From Basidiobolus meristosporus CBS 931.73 (Eukaryota > Fungi > Basidiobolomycota), in the NCBI GenBank assembly GCA_002104905.1, contig MCFE01000141.1, positions 92,973-156,972 of the forward strand: a stretch of DNA of 64,000 nucleotides. Direction: 5' to 3'. Numbering within the stretch: the stretch's first letter is position 1; every line of letters starts with the position of its first letter. The notes under the pieces were generated by a model, which was not told where the DNA came from, did no database searches, and worked only from the letters and a program-made list of their open reading frames with translations. Position numbers and translations under genes: made by a program. Of this stretch, positions 12,089-26,290 are shown in pieces.

Positions 12089-14086
12089 CGTTAGTGTATC
12101 TAGGTGGAGTGGACGACTACGAGGTACTCTGGGATCAAGAAATCAGCTAAATTAGATGAATGTTGAAAAATACAGAAAAAATTGATCTCTGACTCTCTCG
12201 CATTGGGGGGAACCTTGAATCATTTATAGATGCTGGTGTGAAGGGTGATATTGGCGCAAAATGGCGCGATTTCCATGAGCTTTGTTCATTGGATGTCAGC
12301 TATATATGTGACACAGACCCAACGAGATCTTGCTAAAAGAGGATGCTCAAGCCTATGCAATCGAGATCATACTCTCAAGTGGATATCGGCAAAAGATGGG
12401 ATTTCGGCGCTGGGGTGGTGTTCACCACGGTGATTGGCGGTGCTTCCTGGCTTCCCATCGGCCTGAGCAGCGAGCAGATGAACGGCTCAGCCAATGGGCG
12501 GCTAAGGAGGGCAAATCCATTGCTTGGTAATTTTTAGATAAGCCGAAGGCCTCGCAAGCAGAGTAAGTGATATGCAGCAGCACCCGGTTTTGCAAAACTC
12601 GTCAAAAGGTATAATAATCACCCAAAATGGAGCAATCGCAGTGCTGTAGTCCATGCAAAGATTGGTGTTTCACTCGCGGATGATTAGTAATTGTGGATCT
12701 TGCTCCGTGGCATTTCCATTGGGATCCGCTCTCCTTGATTTATCATGGCATCTGTATTGTTCCTTCTGATGCAAGAGAAGGACGTCACGCACTTGATTGA
12801 ATGTTACTCCGTATTGACGCTTTTGCAAGAGAAATTGCGCAATCGGGGATTTGGATCTCATTGGCTGTCGATGCTGGGTGTACTACGGACACTTCTTCCA
12901 TTGTTGGTCACAGAAATGACCAATTTGTTGATATCATTTCGATGGCATTTCCGACCAATCAGTGACCTTCCAGGAAATGACGCACAAAGTTAGCTTTTAG
13001 GCTATTGATTTTCCGTGAGTAAAATCTCCAAGATCCAACCATAGCTTCGGATCCGATTGCAGGAGCACTTGCACGTGTCAAGTCTATAAACCGACTAGGC
13101 CATGGCTGGGATGGTTCACAAAGCAACCGTGAGGTGTGCGGTGGGAGTGAAGGCTGGTATGGCCAGTGGGCCGTAAGCAAGTTGGGGGGGGGAGCGAATC
13201 GTGCCGAGAGCAATGAGTGGTACGGTGCGTATGGGCGCCGTCAGTACTGAATCGTACCAGGCGTAGGCTCACGCCACGCCCGAGGCATATGAAATTGCAT
13301 CGAAGGTTTGCAAAAGACAGGAGAAGATTTCTCATCATGATGCACCATGATGTGCAATAATCAGTGAACTCATCAACGCCAATGGCCCATAGAGAAGGCC
13401 CCCATCGGGTTTGTTTTGAGGCTATGTTAGATATGTGAACCCCTGCCTCGCATAAACCTTGGCCTGTCTTCCACCGACACAGGGTGATGGCAACAATCAG
13501 CACAAGCTGAGACTCGTTGCTAGCCACTCCACTTGTATATACTGTTTGGATCGGCCTTCAGATACATGTGCAGAAACAGTTCAGCCCTTTGATAAGATGC
13601 AACATCAGCTAGAAAGGCCCCAGTCCAATTGAGTGCAGTAGTTACCAAACAATCCAGATGGATGAATGGCAGGGCCTGTTTGTTCGTGATTGGGCATGGA
13701 ATTCGGAACTTACTCATTCTTTTATGCTGGTTGAATCTTCCTGCCACTATTCATTATTTACTCACCTACAATTGGTTACTCCATTGTGAGTGGCTCCTTC
13801 ACCCATTCATTGTCAAGTCACACGCCATTACACCAGACACGTTGTCTATGCCTTTTCCCTGAGGCACGCCTATTAAATATCGCAGCGGTCCCCAAAATCC
13901 CCATCTCCAATTCACTGCTGTGGATTAATTTCGCGCCCTTGTCAGCCCTCTGTCGACTCATTCCCTCCCCTCCTCTCTCTCTCTCTCCTCTCCTTCCCTC
14001 CTGCTGTGCCACACGTAGATCGATATCGATTGGTCGCATAGTCATCCAAAGTCAAATTCTCGTCGAGCGTCCAAAGAGCTGCCAGC

Positions 14087-14732
14087 ATGGTTTCCATATT
14101 GGTCCCGGAACGGTTTTCCACGCGTGTGCTACGTCTCCGATGCCGTCATTGCCATTCGATGTTTACCGAGCGTGGTATGAAGGTAAGCGTTTCTGTTCCA
14201 ATCCTTGGGAGCCCACACTCACCGGACTCCACCCATACCATGGAAGGCTAAGCTTGTCGCCCAACCGGGCACTTTTCGTTACTCCACTGACGTGCAGCCG
14301 TATAACTGCGCATTGATCTCCTCCGGCCACAACGAGAGCACATCCAACATACTGAACAAGGCGTGTGCATGCTTTGCCCAAGAGGTCGGATGCTTAGGAT
14401 GGTAGGGCTAGCGCGTGCTTGATCTATGTCGAGAGATGGGGGCCCTAACTATCACCCAGTGGAAATGTTGTAGGCTATTACGTGGTTCATCCTTGCTCCA
14501 CGTGCAATACGCGAAATACCAATGGCCACCTATGGGTCTTCTATTTGGAGAATATCCACGAGATGTTTCGGTTGCGAGCAGATGGTAACTTGCTCAGAAC
14601 CAGTCGACAACCCTCACCTTCACCTCCACTCATCCATTTGTTTGTTTTCAAGGCAAGGATTACATACACTGGCACCAATTGGGGGACGAAACCGCTTCTG
14701 AGGGCCTTAATTCCGAAGACGCCATCCGCTGA
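14087..14732 (+). CDS. FAM72-family protein, 151 aa, 4 exons (14087-14182, 14247-14401, 14460-14584, 14653-14732); missed by the ORF track
   Basis: The spliced product LRCRHCHSMFTERGMKAKLVA..RYSTD..CACFAQEVGCLGCGNVVGYYVVHPCSTC..TNGHLWVF..FRL..G..HW..EDAIR* follows the FAM72 motif order (CxxC..RGMK, STD, CxC, CxxCGNxVGY, NGH.W, terminal IR); three canonical GT-AG introns of 64, 58 and 68 nt preserve the frame. Confidence 0.88.
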
Positions 14733-17389
14733 CTCCGATCGGCCTATCCCGCACCTGATCTGACCAATCGGCCGTATGGAAGCCAGATCTGTACTTCAAA
14801 TATGTAGAATACTTATCCCCCTCCTGCCCATAAATCCTAACCTGCCAACTGTCACTCTTTGTGGTGTTCTGGTCCACCTAGCTGTTGGCCAACCCTCATA
14901 TCTAGATAAGCCTCCATCAAAGATGTACTTGGGTAAATGTAAAATAGAAGCTCTCTTCATAGCCACCAGGACTTGACACACGATTTGTTGTTTGACCAAA
15001 GCCATCATTTGGACTCGGCCTTGAGCAGTGAGCACCACAAGTCCCACATACATATCAAGTCCAGCCTCACAGAGCATTCACTTCTCTATTGGATTAGGGA
15101 ATTTGCCACTTGCCACTTGCACCCTAGGACACTATCCAGAGATGAGATTGAGGCTGGTCTGTTTCATGGGGCTCAGCTCATGATTTCCATCCCAATTGAA
15201 GAATCCAGAATAATCATGTTTGTGGGAGAATTGTCAATGTGCCATTGGGTTTTTTCCTTGTGCTGTATAGAGTGGGGATGATCCAGGTGGAGTGACAGCA
15301 ATACAGTATAAGTGGGTTGGCACGGGTGATGGTGTGGATCTCCACATGCATGGGGACTCACAACAGCACACTGCCATCAGCAGAAACCACCAAAAATTCA
15401 ACTCGAAGAAAATGACAACTAGGATGGAGGATCCATACAATATGTGCTGAATCCGATTAGTATGGGCATGGTTCCCTAAATATTGCTCCAATCCCACCAC
15501 ACGTCCACCCCACCCACCGAGGTCGTTCTAGATGCTGCAGCATCGACCACCGCTTTTACCACGACCAAACCATTGCCCATACACGAGCAAGTGCAAATCC
15601 ATGGTGACAAATTTCCTAAACTGCATCCATTTTCACCGATTTGCTCGTGGTGGGTGCCGCGAGGCCTAGGATGCCCCTTGGCATTGCCAATCCCCGTCGA
15701 TCGATCCTCCAGGTGGGATGATCCCTCATGTTGGGAGTTGACGCAGTACAATCGGATCCTCCTCCTTCCATCCTTTCACCCATCTGCGCGAACGCCGCTC
15801 CCTGGGTATCTCAAGGTTGACCAAGCCTACCGCGCACCCATTGGTATGCCATCCGTATTGCCTCATCCTCTCCCATCATCCAGATACCAGGCACGCCCAG
15901 CTCATCGGATCACCAAGGTCACTTCCAACAGCCATGTGATTCTTCGTGGGACAGCGCTGGTTTCCGGAAAACCCTGGGAGAATGTTCATGGTTGTTTAGT
16001 AGCGGTGCCAGATTCAACCACAAAAATCCCCCAGGAAAAGGCCGCTGATTGGCCCATACGAGATGCAGTACCACCAGGGATCGTAGCGCCAGTGCTTGAT
16101 CGGTAGAATAGATGGGTTGTCGAGATAAAGGCCAACATTTCGATGTCCAAAAGCGGGATTCTGCCTACTCTGCCACTGGAAAAAGAAGCCCCCTAAGCAC
16201 GAGTCATGCGATGGATTCATTTGACTGCTGCGCTCTGGTTACACCTCACCAATCGAGGGCGGCCATGAGTATGAGGAGCCGTATATGGGAATCCACTGTG
16301 GGATACCATGATGGCAGCTGATTCAGTGCAATTAGCCGCCGCGCCCGATACGTCTTTGTGGCAGGTGAGGGTGATTTGTTTTCTGGTATTCAGGTGGGCG
16401 CATTCTTCCAGGGAATGTAAGGCAAACTTGGTTGAGGGGGGGTGCGCGGATTACCCAGAAAGTAGGTCCGCTGATCACAGGAGCTGGCCCCTCTTCATCA
16501 AGCCCCTGATCTCCATCCACTGGATCAAAGACGCTGGGTAACAGAGGGTATATTCCGTGCAGAGCAAAAGCATCTGTTTCAGCGAACTGGTGGTGACCTT
16601 GCCAAATATGACTCAGCGGGCAGTGAGATCGGGAATGGGAATGTAATGCTTGGGGGGATGCCATGGTCCTGATTTTGCAGGATGGTTGATTGTGTCCACC
16701 CACTCATGCTCTCACACATAGCAAGAGCCTTGGTTTCAAGAACCGGATATACTGCCAGACATCTAGCTGGAGGTTGCTACGCTGTAGAGCTCGCCGCGTA
16801 GGGGAAGCCCGTAGCAGGAGGTCCCTGCCCTTGAATACCACTAGAGCATGCAGTATGACCTAGCGATGCAGCATACATCAGCACCTCATGTGAGTCCCTT
16901 GTTTCGCCCCCTGGGATGAAAAAACAAATTGGTTTCCCAATTGCCCTGCCGCCCAGTACTCACGCGGGCCATTTTCTGGATATGGGTGCCCCCATGCCAT
17001 CCCGCAGCTGGATTTGGCCGAGCCGAAGTTCCATTTGTCTTTGTGTCTCCTCGCGCCATGATCCCCCGGTTGGCAATCAATCGACAGGGCGTGATTTCCA
17101 GGGTTTCTAGGATTCAACATCGGTTGTTTATTTACAAACATGCTTATTCAACGAGGCAATGATTGTTCTTACTAAATGGTCAACATCATTGTGATGTAAG
17201 ATATCGCAAATGAGAGTGGGGATCAACCTTGTCACTTGGCTGGCAAATCATCTCTCGCGCATGCGATTGATCAGTAGGCTCAGTCCCGTTTGGCCGAGAT
17301 GGATTAGAATTATCGGGGTGGTCACTCTGGACATCAGGTAGAAATACAGTTATTTTACATCAGGCTTGGCAAGCCCTCGGAGGATACCG

Positions 17390-18226
17390 CTAATTCGCAG
17401 TATCCCAGGTACTAAAGTGGTGGGAGAGTAGGGAGGGTCTGTTGGCAGTGTAGAAATCGTCGCGTCGCGGGAGGTAGTAACGCTGCTTTAACGGGCGTAG
17501 AATCTTGTTGGCCTTGATCATACTGGACTCGGCGAGGCTGATTCGCAGATATTCCTGGTTAGAGCGGATGTTCCGTGGCCCCGATAGGCGAGGTGGAAGG
17601 AGCTCCTCAAAATCGTACTTCCGCTCCTTGATTCGGCTCGAGGGATCGGTGGATGGGCAGATGCCGTAGCTGTCCGGGGTTTCGTAGTTGCCCGCAAATC
17701 CCTGGCAGTGCGGGCCTTTCCCATGCCGACATAACAGTTCGTTGGTGTATTTGATAAAGAGTGCTTTGGTGGGGTGAACCATCGCTACGAGCGTTTCCCG
17801 AGCTCGTTTCAATATCGTATCTGGTCGAGGCTCTCGTCGGTTGACCCCAGGGCATGCGTCAAGTGGGTTGGCGGACAGGGTTACACACAAGATGTTGGAG
17901 ACGCCATCATCTTTGATGGGTAGCTCCGTGTAGGAGAATGGACATACGGAAACGGTTCCATGGAGGGCAGCCTCGTTCGAAAAGTCCGGGTGCTGTCCAC
18001 CTAGGCTGGTCGAATTAGATATGTATACAGGGGAGTTCAGCTTGCTCCAGCACTCGGAAGATACCGTCAGCACGGGTAGCACTGGGGAGGCTTTGGCGCT
18101 GATGGAGTCTCGAAATATGGTGGGTTGGGGGGTGACTTTGGGCGGGGTGGATCTACGCTGCTTTTTGGATTTACTAGCGCTACTACTTTGATTCTTCGAC
18201 TTGAGGAACAAACGACCGCGGTCCAT
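17390..18226 (-). CDS. Intronless hypothetical protein (278 aa) with a conserved-looking C-terminal block YLRISLAESSMIKANKILRPLKQRYYLPRR
   Basis: Long ATG ORF in CpG-normal DNA; TATAAATA about 75 bp upstream on the minus strand (~18298-18306); function unknown. Confidence 0.7.
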   Translation of the reverse strand: MDRGRLFLKSKNQSSSASKSKKQRRSTPPKVTPQPTIFRDSISAKASPVLPVLTVSSECWSKLNSPVYISNSTSLGGQHPDFSNEAALHGTVSVCPFSYTELPIKDDGVSNILCVTLSANPLDACPGVNRREPRPDTILKRARETLVAMVHPTKALFIKYTNELLCRHGKGPHCQGFAGNYETPDSYGICPSTDPSSRIKERKYDFEELLPPRLSGPRNIRSNQEYLRISLAESSMIKANKILRPLKQRYYLPRRDDFYTANRPSLLSHHFSTWDTAN

Positions 18227-20831
18227 GATGTACTAGGCGGAGAGGATAGGAGGTGGTGAGGTGTGGGAGAATTTCTGTCCATGGCAGGGCTGTGGCTATA
18301 TTTATATGCGCAGACCAGGCCTGATTTCGCTTCTCACGAACTATTATTTACCTATCTTGTAGGGACCCACTCATGCCTGGTGAGCCCATTGGCTGGCTTA
18401 TATTACATTCAATTGAATCGTGATGGTTAATGTTGGGAGGATTGAATTGAATTCTTAAATAGGCGTACGATAAGGGTGTGCGTTTCGGGTCCGGCTTTTC
18501 TTCAGAGGGCAGCTTCGATCAGATATATTAGTCGATGTGTACTCTATATGTGCCCATGGATGTCACCAACAGATTTGGTGAAGCTGCATGGTGGTGGTAA
18601 CCACTTGAACCCTCGATAGCACAACATGAAGTGTCTGGCAACCCGTATCAGTGAGCGCTTGGAATCGCCGACAATAGGCTGGTGTATGGGCTGTGTACCG
18701 TCATGACCCATATGGCACCACTGCTCCAACATCAACAGACATGCTCCAAATATCCAGGGTCCACAAGAATCCGATATCCCGTCTGGTGCTATGTGTATTT
18801 CCCGAACTGATAGGGTCTGAGGTGTTTCATTGTGTTGCGCGTGTTTCCTGATTATGTGATCACAGATCCCGGGGATCGCTCAGCTTCTATCTGCTGTTTC
18901 AAAGCGGTGTTCAGCAACAGCCATTAGGAGCAGCTGACACGGTGGGTGCTGCCCACTGAAGATATATGTGAGATACATCCTGCATGAAGATGCTCATTCA
19001 ATTTTCAGACCTTCGCTTCACACCACGGATGCCGATGCGTGGTGTTCCAGATCAGTTTGAGCATAAGCTCGGAGCTCAAGCATCGATGAGTTTATCTCGC
19101 ATCGACAGATCACAAAAGCTTATTCTGCATGAGTCGTGTAGCCACCAAGCCAGCATACCTCACAAACACCTCTGACCTATCCTAGTGGAGTAGCTGAGCA
19201 CCGCTGGTGTTGTCCGCCTTCCCTTGTGATGCGTTACGTCATGGGAATCTCCCTCCAGCTAATCCTATTGCGTCGTGGCAAGTGAACAGCAACCAGGCAT
19301 CGGTTGTTTGGCTAGTCAACTGGTATGTTGACTAAGAGTCACCACAGAGAACAATCCCATGGAGGTAGACCGACGCTGTGCTCCAGTCAGATCGGGTTCT
19401 CACACCTCCATTCCATTCTCAGGGTTGATAAGCATTCAATTGCAACATTAACCAAGCATATTCGCACCCACAGCATATGGATTCCTGCTGCATACCCATC
19501 CAATTTGAAATCAAGCAGCCAGATGTCAGTCATTTGCGTAATATGTTCTCAGCATAGTCAGGTGCTCGTATCCAGATCCCGCATCCATTCCCTTCATGCC
19601 TTATCGTTAGCACGGGCAAACAGTGTGGATGCTGCAGAAGCTGGGGGCAGATGTAAACCTCGCTTGTTGCCAAGTTTCAAGCCATGTCAGGTGATGCTCC
19701 GCTCTACTGAATGGGATGCATCGGAGATTTCTTCCATGAGTTCTGAACGAACCCTGACTGACTTGAAACCGAGCCACATCGTAAGCCCGTCATCGATCCT
19801 CTGCGCTGCGCGACCTTCTGGTCTAGCCCGAGAACTAGCTCAACAGTAAGTTTGGGTTTGCACGCTATCTTGCATCCAGAACTCCGGAATATCTCGTAAC
19901 CCTATTCCCAGGGTGACAATCGAGTGGTCATGTGGTCAACCAGATTCCCTATTCAAAACCCCAGTTTGAATCATTCAGTGGATCAATAAACAGAGAGAAT
20001 AAAGGGTGTTCAGGATCGTTTTCTATCCACAGTTGATAGAGGAATGTGAAACGGTGCCTACACCAATTGACACGAGTCTCTAGCTATCTGGGCTGCGATA
20101 CCGTCTAACTCTTCGGGATCCTATTATCAGCGCGCTGCAAAGGCTTCATCTGTATCTGGTGTAGCACTTCCCGCCGCAAATGCTGGATAGGTTTCTAGTA
20201 GAGAAACAGAGGTTTCAGTCCGAATTCCCTCCTTCGTGTGCTGAACAACCATCTTTAGAATAGCTGAGCTTGTTTGTATGCAATATTGGCCCATTCGAGG
20301 GTTTCGTGGAGTTCTCCACTGGTCCAGAACGAGGATGGCTTTAATGTCAACAGATGAGCTGGCTGTTGTGCCCCATCACATTGGCGAAGTCAGTGCTAAC
20401 AGGATAAAGATAAACAGCTGTCCCTGGCAAAGCTTGATTTTCGTAAATATCTCAAACCAGCTCAAGGGAGTAAGGGGCGACTATATTTAACTGCAAATTC
20501 GGTTGGCTACTCTTGGATGCTGCTGACGTCCGACCCGGCATTTGATAGAGAACTGACGGCGAGACTCGGTTACGAAACAAGCATACCAGCCATCGCGTAT
20601 CTAAACAACTTTATTGTATGGTTCTGTGAACACAGCTAGATCTGAGCAGCTGATAAATCGAGAGGCTGCTCAACAAGCACTTCTACGAACAGCACCGATC
20701 ACCCAATTAACAATACATTAATGATTCCATCTGTGAGTGTTTGCGGGAATTACTGGTCTGTAGAACTGCTAGAGCAAAACAGGCTGGCTCTGGGGAACTG
20801 CGGAGATTCTATCGGTGCGAGCTGAAGGATA

Positions 20832-22059
20832 TCAGGGGGAAAGCCCTTCAGAGTTCAATTGCCTCATGTTGGCTTCTGTCACTGTCACCCCTTCCATTCT
20901 CGCCCAGTCCTGGCTGTTACTCCCTGGGACTTCTACCTTCCTGGCTATCGGACGAGGTATTCTTGGTGAGAAAGGCTTGTGACACTCAGGTGAGCCTAGC
21001 TGAGGGTAATACTGTCTATAGGAGAAGTAGGCACAGCAGATTCCTGGCATGATGGGGTAAGTAGGGTCATGATGATGGCTAGGAGGTTTAGGAGTGCATA
21101 CCAATAAGCGCACCTACTGTCACATCCTGCCAATGATGACGATAGTCGCATATTCTTGACACGCCTATCAAAGCCGCACCGACCATTGGCCCGATTGAAA
21201 CGAAGCTTTTATATGTGTGACCTCTTTCGTCGAACAGGTGCAGTTTTCCGGCCAGGAAGCATGAGAGAAAAGTCAAACCTGCGAAGCTTACTGAAACAAG
21301 AGAATTAGATGAAGAGTTAGTTAGACACCTGAAGTACGCACTCACAGGAGGTGTGGCCGCTTGGGAAGCTTTTCATCCCGTCGGTAAACACATACGCGTT
21401 CGTTTGAGTGCACACGTCGACAGAGGTTAATCCCAACGGCGGGTCTTTTGGCTCTTGCCCATTCTCCAGCATAGGCTGACAGCGCGAGATGAAATCAGGA
21501 CGGTGTCTGCCGACGGTAACCTGAGAGGCGTATGAATAGTGAGCAAATGGAGCTATATGAGTGATAGTAACGCTTGCTAACCTTGAGCACATGTGTTATC
21601 ATTAATGTTAGGGTCATGGCCAAGCACAATCCTAAAATGACAGATTAACGGGGGTTCCATCACAATAAACGGGCTTTCCTCACCAAGCATTGAATTGTGG
21701 CAGTCGTAAGGACTTCTTCGAATCAGCAGCGAGACAAGTGCCATCAGAATGAGCGGGAGGACAAAGACTAGGACCTGTGGATGGGCCCTGGTTAGTAACC
21801 AGCTCGAAGCAAAATCAGGAGCAAAGGGAACCCTTCTTACAGCAGCCAAGCTCATCGGAATGGTGTCATACTGCTTGTGTGGAAAGCTTATTGACTTGTT
21901 GTCGAGAGAAAACAGGCGGTGGAACGGGGGGATTTTGTCCACCAAGAAAAACCCCAAGGCAAGAAGCCCGACGATCACCCAATCGACAAAGTATGACAAA
22001 ATCAGGGTCTTCAGATGGCCCGGAGGATAATCATTCTTGAAAATTGGATTTTTAGCCAT
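20832..22059 (-). CDS. PAP2-superfamily lipid phosphate phosphatase (DPP1/LPP1-like), 6 exons
   Basis: Catalytic motifs K(VTV)GRHRP, PSGH and SRICDYRHHWQD assembled across five GT-AG introns (for example 21840-21775 and 21683-21632); several transmembrane segments. Confidence 0.92.
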
Positions 22060-23161
22060 CGCAAGAAGGGTAAGGAGAGAGGCGACAAGAGCGCTTGTGC
22101 TGCATGGGACATATTTAAGTGGCGGCGTAGGGAGTGGCCAATGTGTAGATCTATTGATGAAGCAATTTGTCTCAGGCATCGGGCTGTTTAACTCCTTCAT
22201 GAAATGGCCAAACAAATATGCCGAGTAGGACAGGCCACATCATAGCCTATTGATTACTGGAGACCATTCATAGTCGCCGGGAATGTGGATGGGATTTGTA
22301 GAGGCTCTCCTGCATCATGAAATCAGTTGTTTGAATCGTGCAGCACCTAATCAACTATAAGGCACCAGTGATGGCTTGAAGCCTAATGCTGAGATGACTA
22401 GCCAACCATTTTTGGCTTAAGCGGAGGTGGGGATGATTGGCCACTAAGCTGGATAGACGAATAAACACCATAGCCAATCATCTCCATCAATTTGCTTATC
22501 CAGGGCAGCTCCGCATTCATGGCAGCAACCAGCCTTGCTTTCAACAGAAATATTGCCAACAATCCGCCGTTCAATGGATGGCCCTGCGTCTTGACAGGAG
22601 CGCATGATCGGACTAATGAGGCTACCCCCAGCACTATGCCCCAATGTTGCTATCCTGCGATCGTCTCCTTGCCACTGGCAGCTACAACCCACACCTTGAA
22701 ACAGGAAGCAGCCTCCGCCCAAAGGTACAGATGCCCGGTTGCCATACAGACATTGGCCCATGTCTATAGTTAGCCTGGCCCCACACAAGCGCCTATCAAA
22801 TGATGAGACATCGGCCATCCCGACACTCAATCTGTTAAATTTACCCAGCAAGAGCCTAACTCAAGCCGCTTACTGCGGTGGATTTGGACTATGTCCTTAT
22901 TTGGAAGCTATGGCTAAATACATCGATGGTTGATCAGAAGCTGGGCAGTTAAGGGAAAACGGTGCATGTAGTTTGATTGATCCTACCCAATGGAATTTGA
23001 TTGGATATCATGGGGGTTGGTTAGGCTTGCTTTGTGGGCCCTTGTTGAGTGCAATGGCTACCGAACGATTGGCCATCTCTATCCTTGTTTATGCTGGTGT
23101 GCTCTCGGTGGCTCTTTAAATTGTGCAGGGTTACGAGAAACAATATTCACAGCCCGAAAGT

Positions 23162-24084
23162 ATGACAGTTATCCCCACTGTAGAGAGAAATCGGACCAAG
23201 AGAAAGGTGGTCTACGTCCCTCAAATGGATGAGTTCTATAACCAGTGGTCAGAAGTGTGTTAACTATGCCTTCAGTTCGACTTACTCGATGCCATTTACT
23301 AACCAAAGCATCGCTTCTCCAGGTGTATGATAATGATGGAAACGTCCTTCAACAGCTAGATGACTATCGCTTCAAATACACCTTGCCTAGGCTGATGGAA
23401 GAAATGGCTCTTAGTTCTTCTAAGAAAAAGATTCGCATTTTGGATTTTGGGTGTGGAACTGGTAGAAATCTTACAAGTTTCATGGGAATGCAGAAAGACA
23501 TCCCCGGTTCAACATTTGCCAACCAAGGTGGACTCTGGACCGAGGTTGAGCTGGTGGCGATGGACATTTCTCAAGGCATGATGTCTAAAGCTCAAGCGAA
23601 AATAGCCGAGCTAAACTCACTTCCTAGCCGGCCTGACTGCAACTGTCACCTATCCTTTACCTGGCTGCTTTATGATATATTGTCGCAGCTTCCTGTTCCA
23701 CCGATGGCCAAAAACATTGACATCATATATAGCACTCTTGTCCTGGAACATTTGCCCGAGCCTTGTCACTTTTTCAAATTCGCCAGACAATGCATCAACC
23801 CAGAGACCGGAAAGCTGTATATCTCCAATATGCATCCAGATATGGGAGAAGGTACAAGTGCTGGCTACTACAATACTGATACGGGTGAGAAGGTCGTGGG
23901 ATATTCTGCCAATCATCCGATTGAAAACTTGATAGAGTTAGCCGAAGAGCACGGTTTCAAACTTTTAGAGAGGATTGAAGATGAGGTGAGAGATGCTGAC
24001 CACGTGGGGCAATTGGGCCACAGAGCACAGAAGTGGATTGGTGTTAGATTGTTGGTCATGCTGGTTTTCGGGATTGGTAAATAA
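23162..24084 (+). CDS. Class I SAM-dependent methyltransferase, exons 23162-23254 and 23323-24084 (284 aa)
   Basis: Motif I ILDFGCGTGRN, motif II AMDISQGMM, STLVLEHL; 68-nt intron with TACTAAC; divergent from the PAP2 gene. Confidence 0.9.
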
Positions 24085-24796
24085 GCTGTCTTGATGCAAA
24101 GTTTACATATCAACTATCAATTAAAATATTAAGCCCTAAATAATTTCCTAGTTGCTGGCCGCCGTTGATAGAATCCATGATTTAGTAATTGGTCTAGATA
24201 TTCGCCAATTGTTTGAGTTAGCCCCGAAAATTAGCAATGCTTTCAAACTCGTCTAAATATGCTTGGGGTTTGCAACATTCTGTGATCTTTTTTGGCAGAC
24301 TCCTGCTAAAAACTCAGTAAATCTCATCTAAAAAGAGTGCAATTTTTGCTGTCTACCTTGTAAATCCACAAAATCTAGCCCTACATGTTGTAAATTTTGT
24401 AGTTACATAACAAAATTTCTGTGAGAAAATCCAAGCATGGATTTCATTTAGTATTTTACTGGTATCTCTCAGTCTATTCTTCATGTGTGAGTATCTCTGA
24501 GGCTGGTTACCATATTTGGCATGAGAATTACTCAGGCACAATCCCTTTGAGGATATATGGCTACTTGTCCCCAAGGTGGTTAGGATGTCAGATAGTGAAG
24601 GCAGACACTTTAGAGAAAATTGGATTTCCAATGATACTGTGCTAGGTGTGGCAATTTTTCCATATGGTGTACAGTTAGAGCTTGTGCTTGGATAAAACAC
24701 AATATGCTGTCAAAGTTTTGGAGATATTGGAAGTGATTGGGAGAACAAGTAGATTATGTGGTTTCCCTTAATGATTAATTGCATATTATAGTAATA

Positions 24797-26290
24797 TATT
24801 ATAAAAGTTTATATTTCCATCTAAATATTCACTCTACTTAGTTACTTAGATCATTACCTACAAATCTTAGAGAATCCTCACCAAATTCCTTGCTGGGATT
24901 TACTTAGAATATTCTTGCCAAAATATCATGTACCCAAAATATGAAAGTTCTCATAGTGGTCCAAACAGCCCCAAACCTTACCCACATGCTCTTGGGATGT
25001 TCCCAAGCCTATCTTACATGCTTTTATGCCAAGACCATGCAAAAGTACAAGTACCACTTTTACATTCAATCAGTCATTGAGTGAAACCCATATAATCTAC
25101 TTGTTCTCACAATCACCTCTAGTATTTTCAAGACTATTACAACAGGTTATGAGTCCCAAGCTGTTACACCCTGCAATGTCAAATACCGCAATCACTGAAT
25201 TTTCTCCCTCTGCAGTAAGTTGGATGGATCTAACTACCAGGTATGGAAGGTGAAGATGAAGATACTGCTACAAGAAAGAGACCTTTGGGACATTATTATG
25301 GGAGATGAATGCCCTCCTAAAGATGTAGGTGAGGAAGCCTTCAAGTCTTGGAAGAGCAATCAAAGTGCCTTTAACTGCACTTGCCTTATTGTTAGAGACA
25401 AAATGTTAATTCAATGCTCATGAGCAAAAATGTCAAAGAATACCTGGAAGGTACCAGAAGAAGCCTACCAGCCATGTTCAGCTGCCAAGAAAATGTATTG
25501 TAGCCAAAGATGCTTTACTACAAAGATGCTGCCAGGAGAATAAAAGAAAAATCCAATTAATAGAATTGCCCTGCTTGTGGATGAGATGGAATCTGTGGGC
25601 ACACCAACTACTGGCAAAGATGTGATAGTTACCATCCTGAATAGCCCAAGAGACAAGTTCCAGGGCATTGTATCAGCCCTAGAGTCCAGAATTGAAGATT
25701 TGACCTTAAATTACATATATGGAAGGCTCCTGGATGAATTGAGTATCACAGAATCTTTATAAGTTTATTGATTTTCATCATATCTGGAGGCCAACATAAG
25801 TCCCTATAAAATGTAATAGTAACCTATTTTGCAGCTATTCCAAAAGGAAAGGACACACATCAGACTGGTGCATCAAAAAGAGAGATAGTAAGCAGAAAAG
25901 GCCTGAATATTGAATTGCTGCAACAGCAGAAAATAGAATATTCATATCTGCACTGAATATGACCACAAACAAAGTTTCTTCAACATGGTATATTTACTCT
26001 GGAGCATTGCAACACTTTACATAACTAAAAGAATTTTTTACTCAATATCAAGAAATTTCATTCAAGAAGGTTTTCAATGGCGACAATGGAACACATGATA
26101 CAGTGTGAGAAGGAACTATCCAAGTAAACCTTACTAGCAGTGAAGGAAGCTGTATACTGACCTTCAAAGAAATACACTATATGCCAGAAATAGCCCAGAA
26201 CCTCTATCTGTAAGCAAGGCCACAGCAGAAGGACTTGTTGTTAGCTTTGAAAATCTTGGATGCAGGATCACTGATCAAAATGGCTCCCAT
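24797..26290 (+). mobile_element. Degenerate copia element D (LTR 24797-25144, PBS, gag, CCHC, protease), truncated by a younger LTR
   Basis: LTR homology, PBS ggttatgagtccc at 25145, gag ORF fragments at 25220-25423 and 25577-25762. Confidence 0.85.

Noticed and set aside
12100-20800. Numerous 60-200 aa ORFs between the host genes (for example 13084-13527, 13786-14316, 15483-16106, 19325-19849)
   Set aside because: No recognisable domains, mostly non-ATG starts and mutually overlapping frames. 13786-14316 and 14482-14763 overlap the true FAM72 exons, largely in other frames or through introns.
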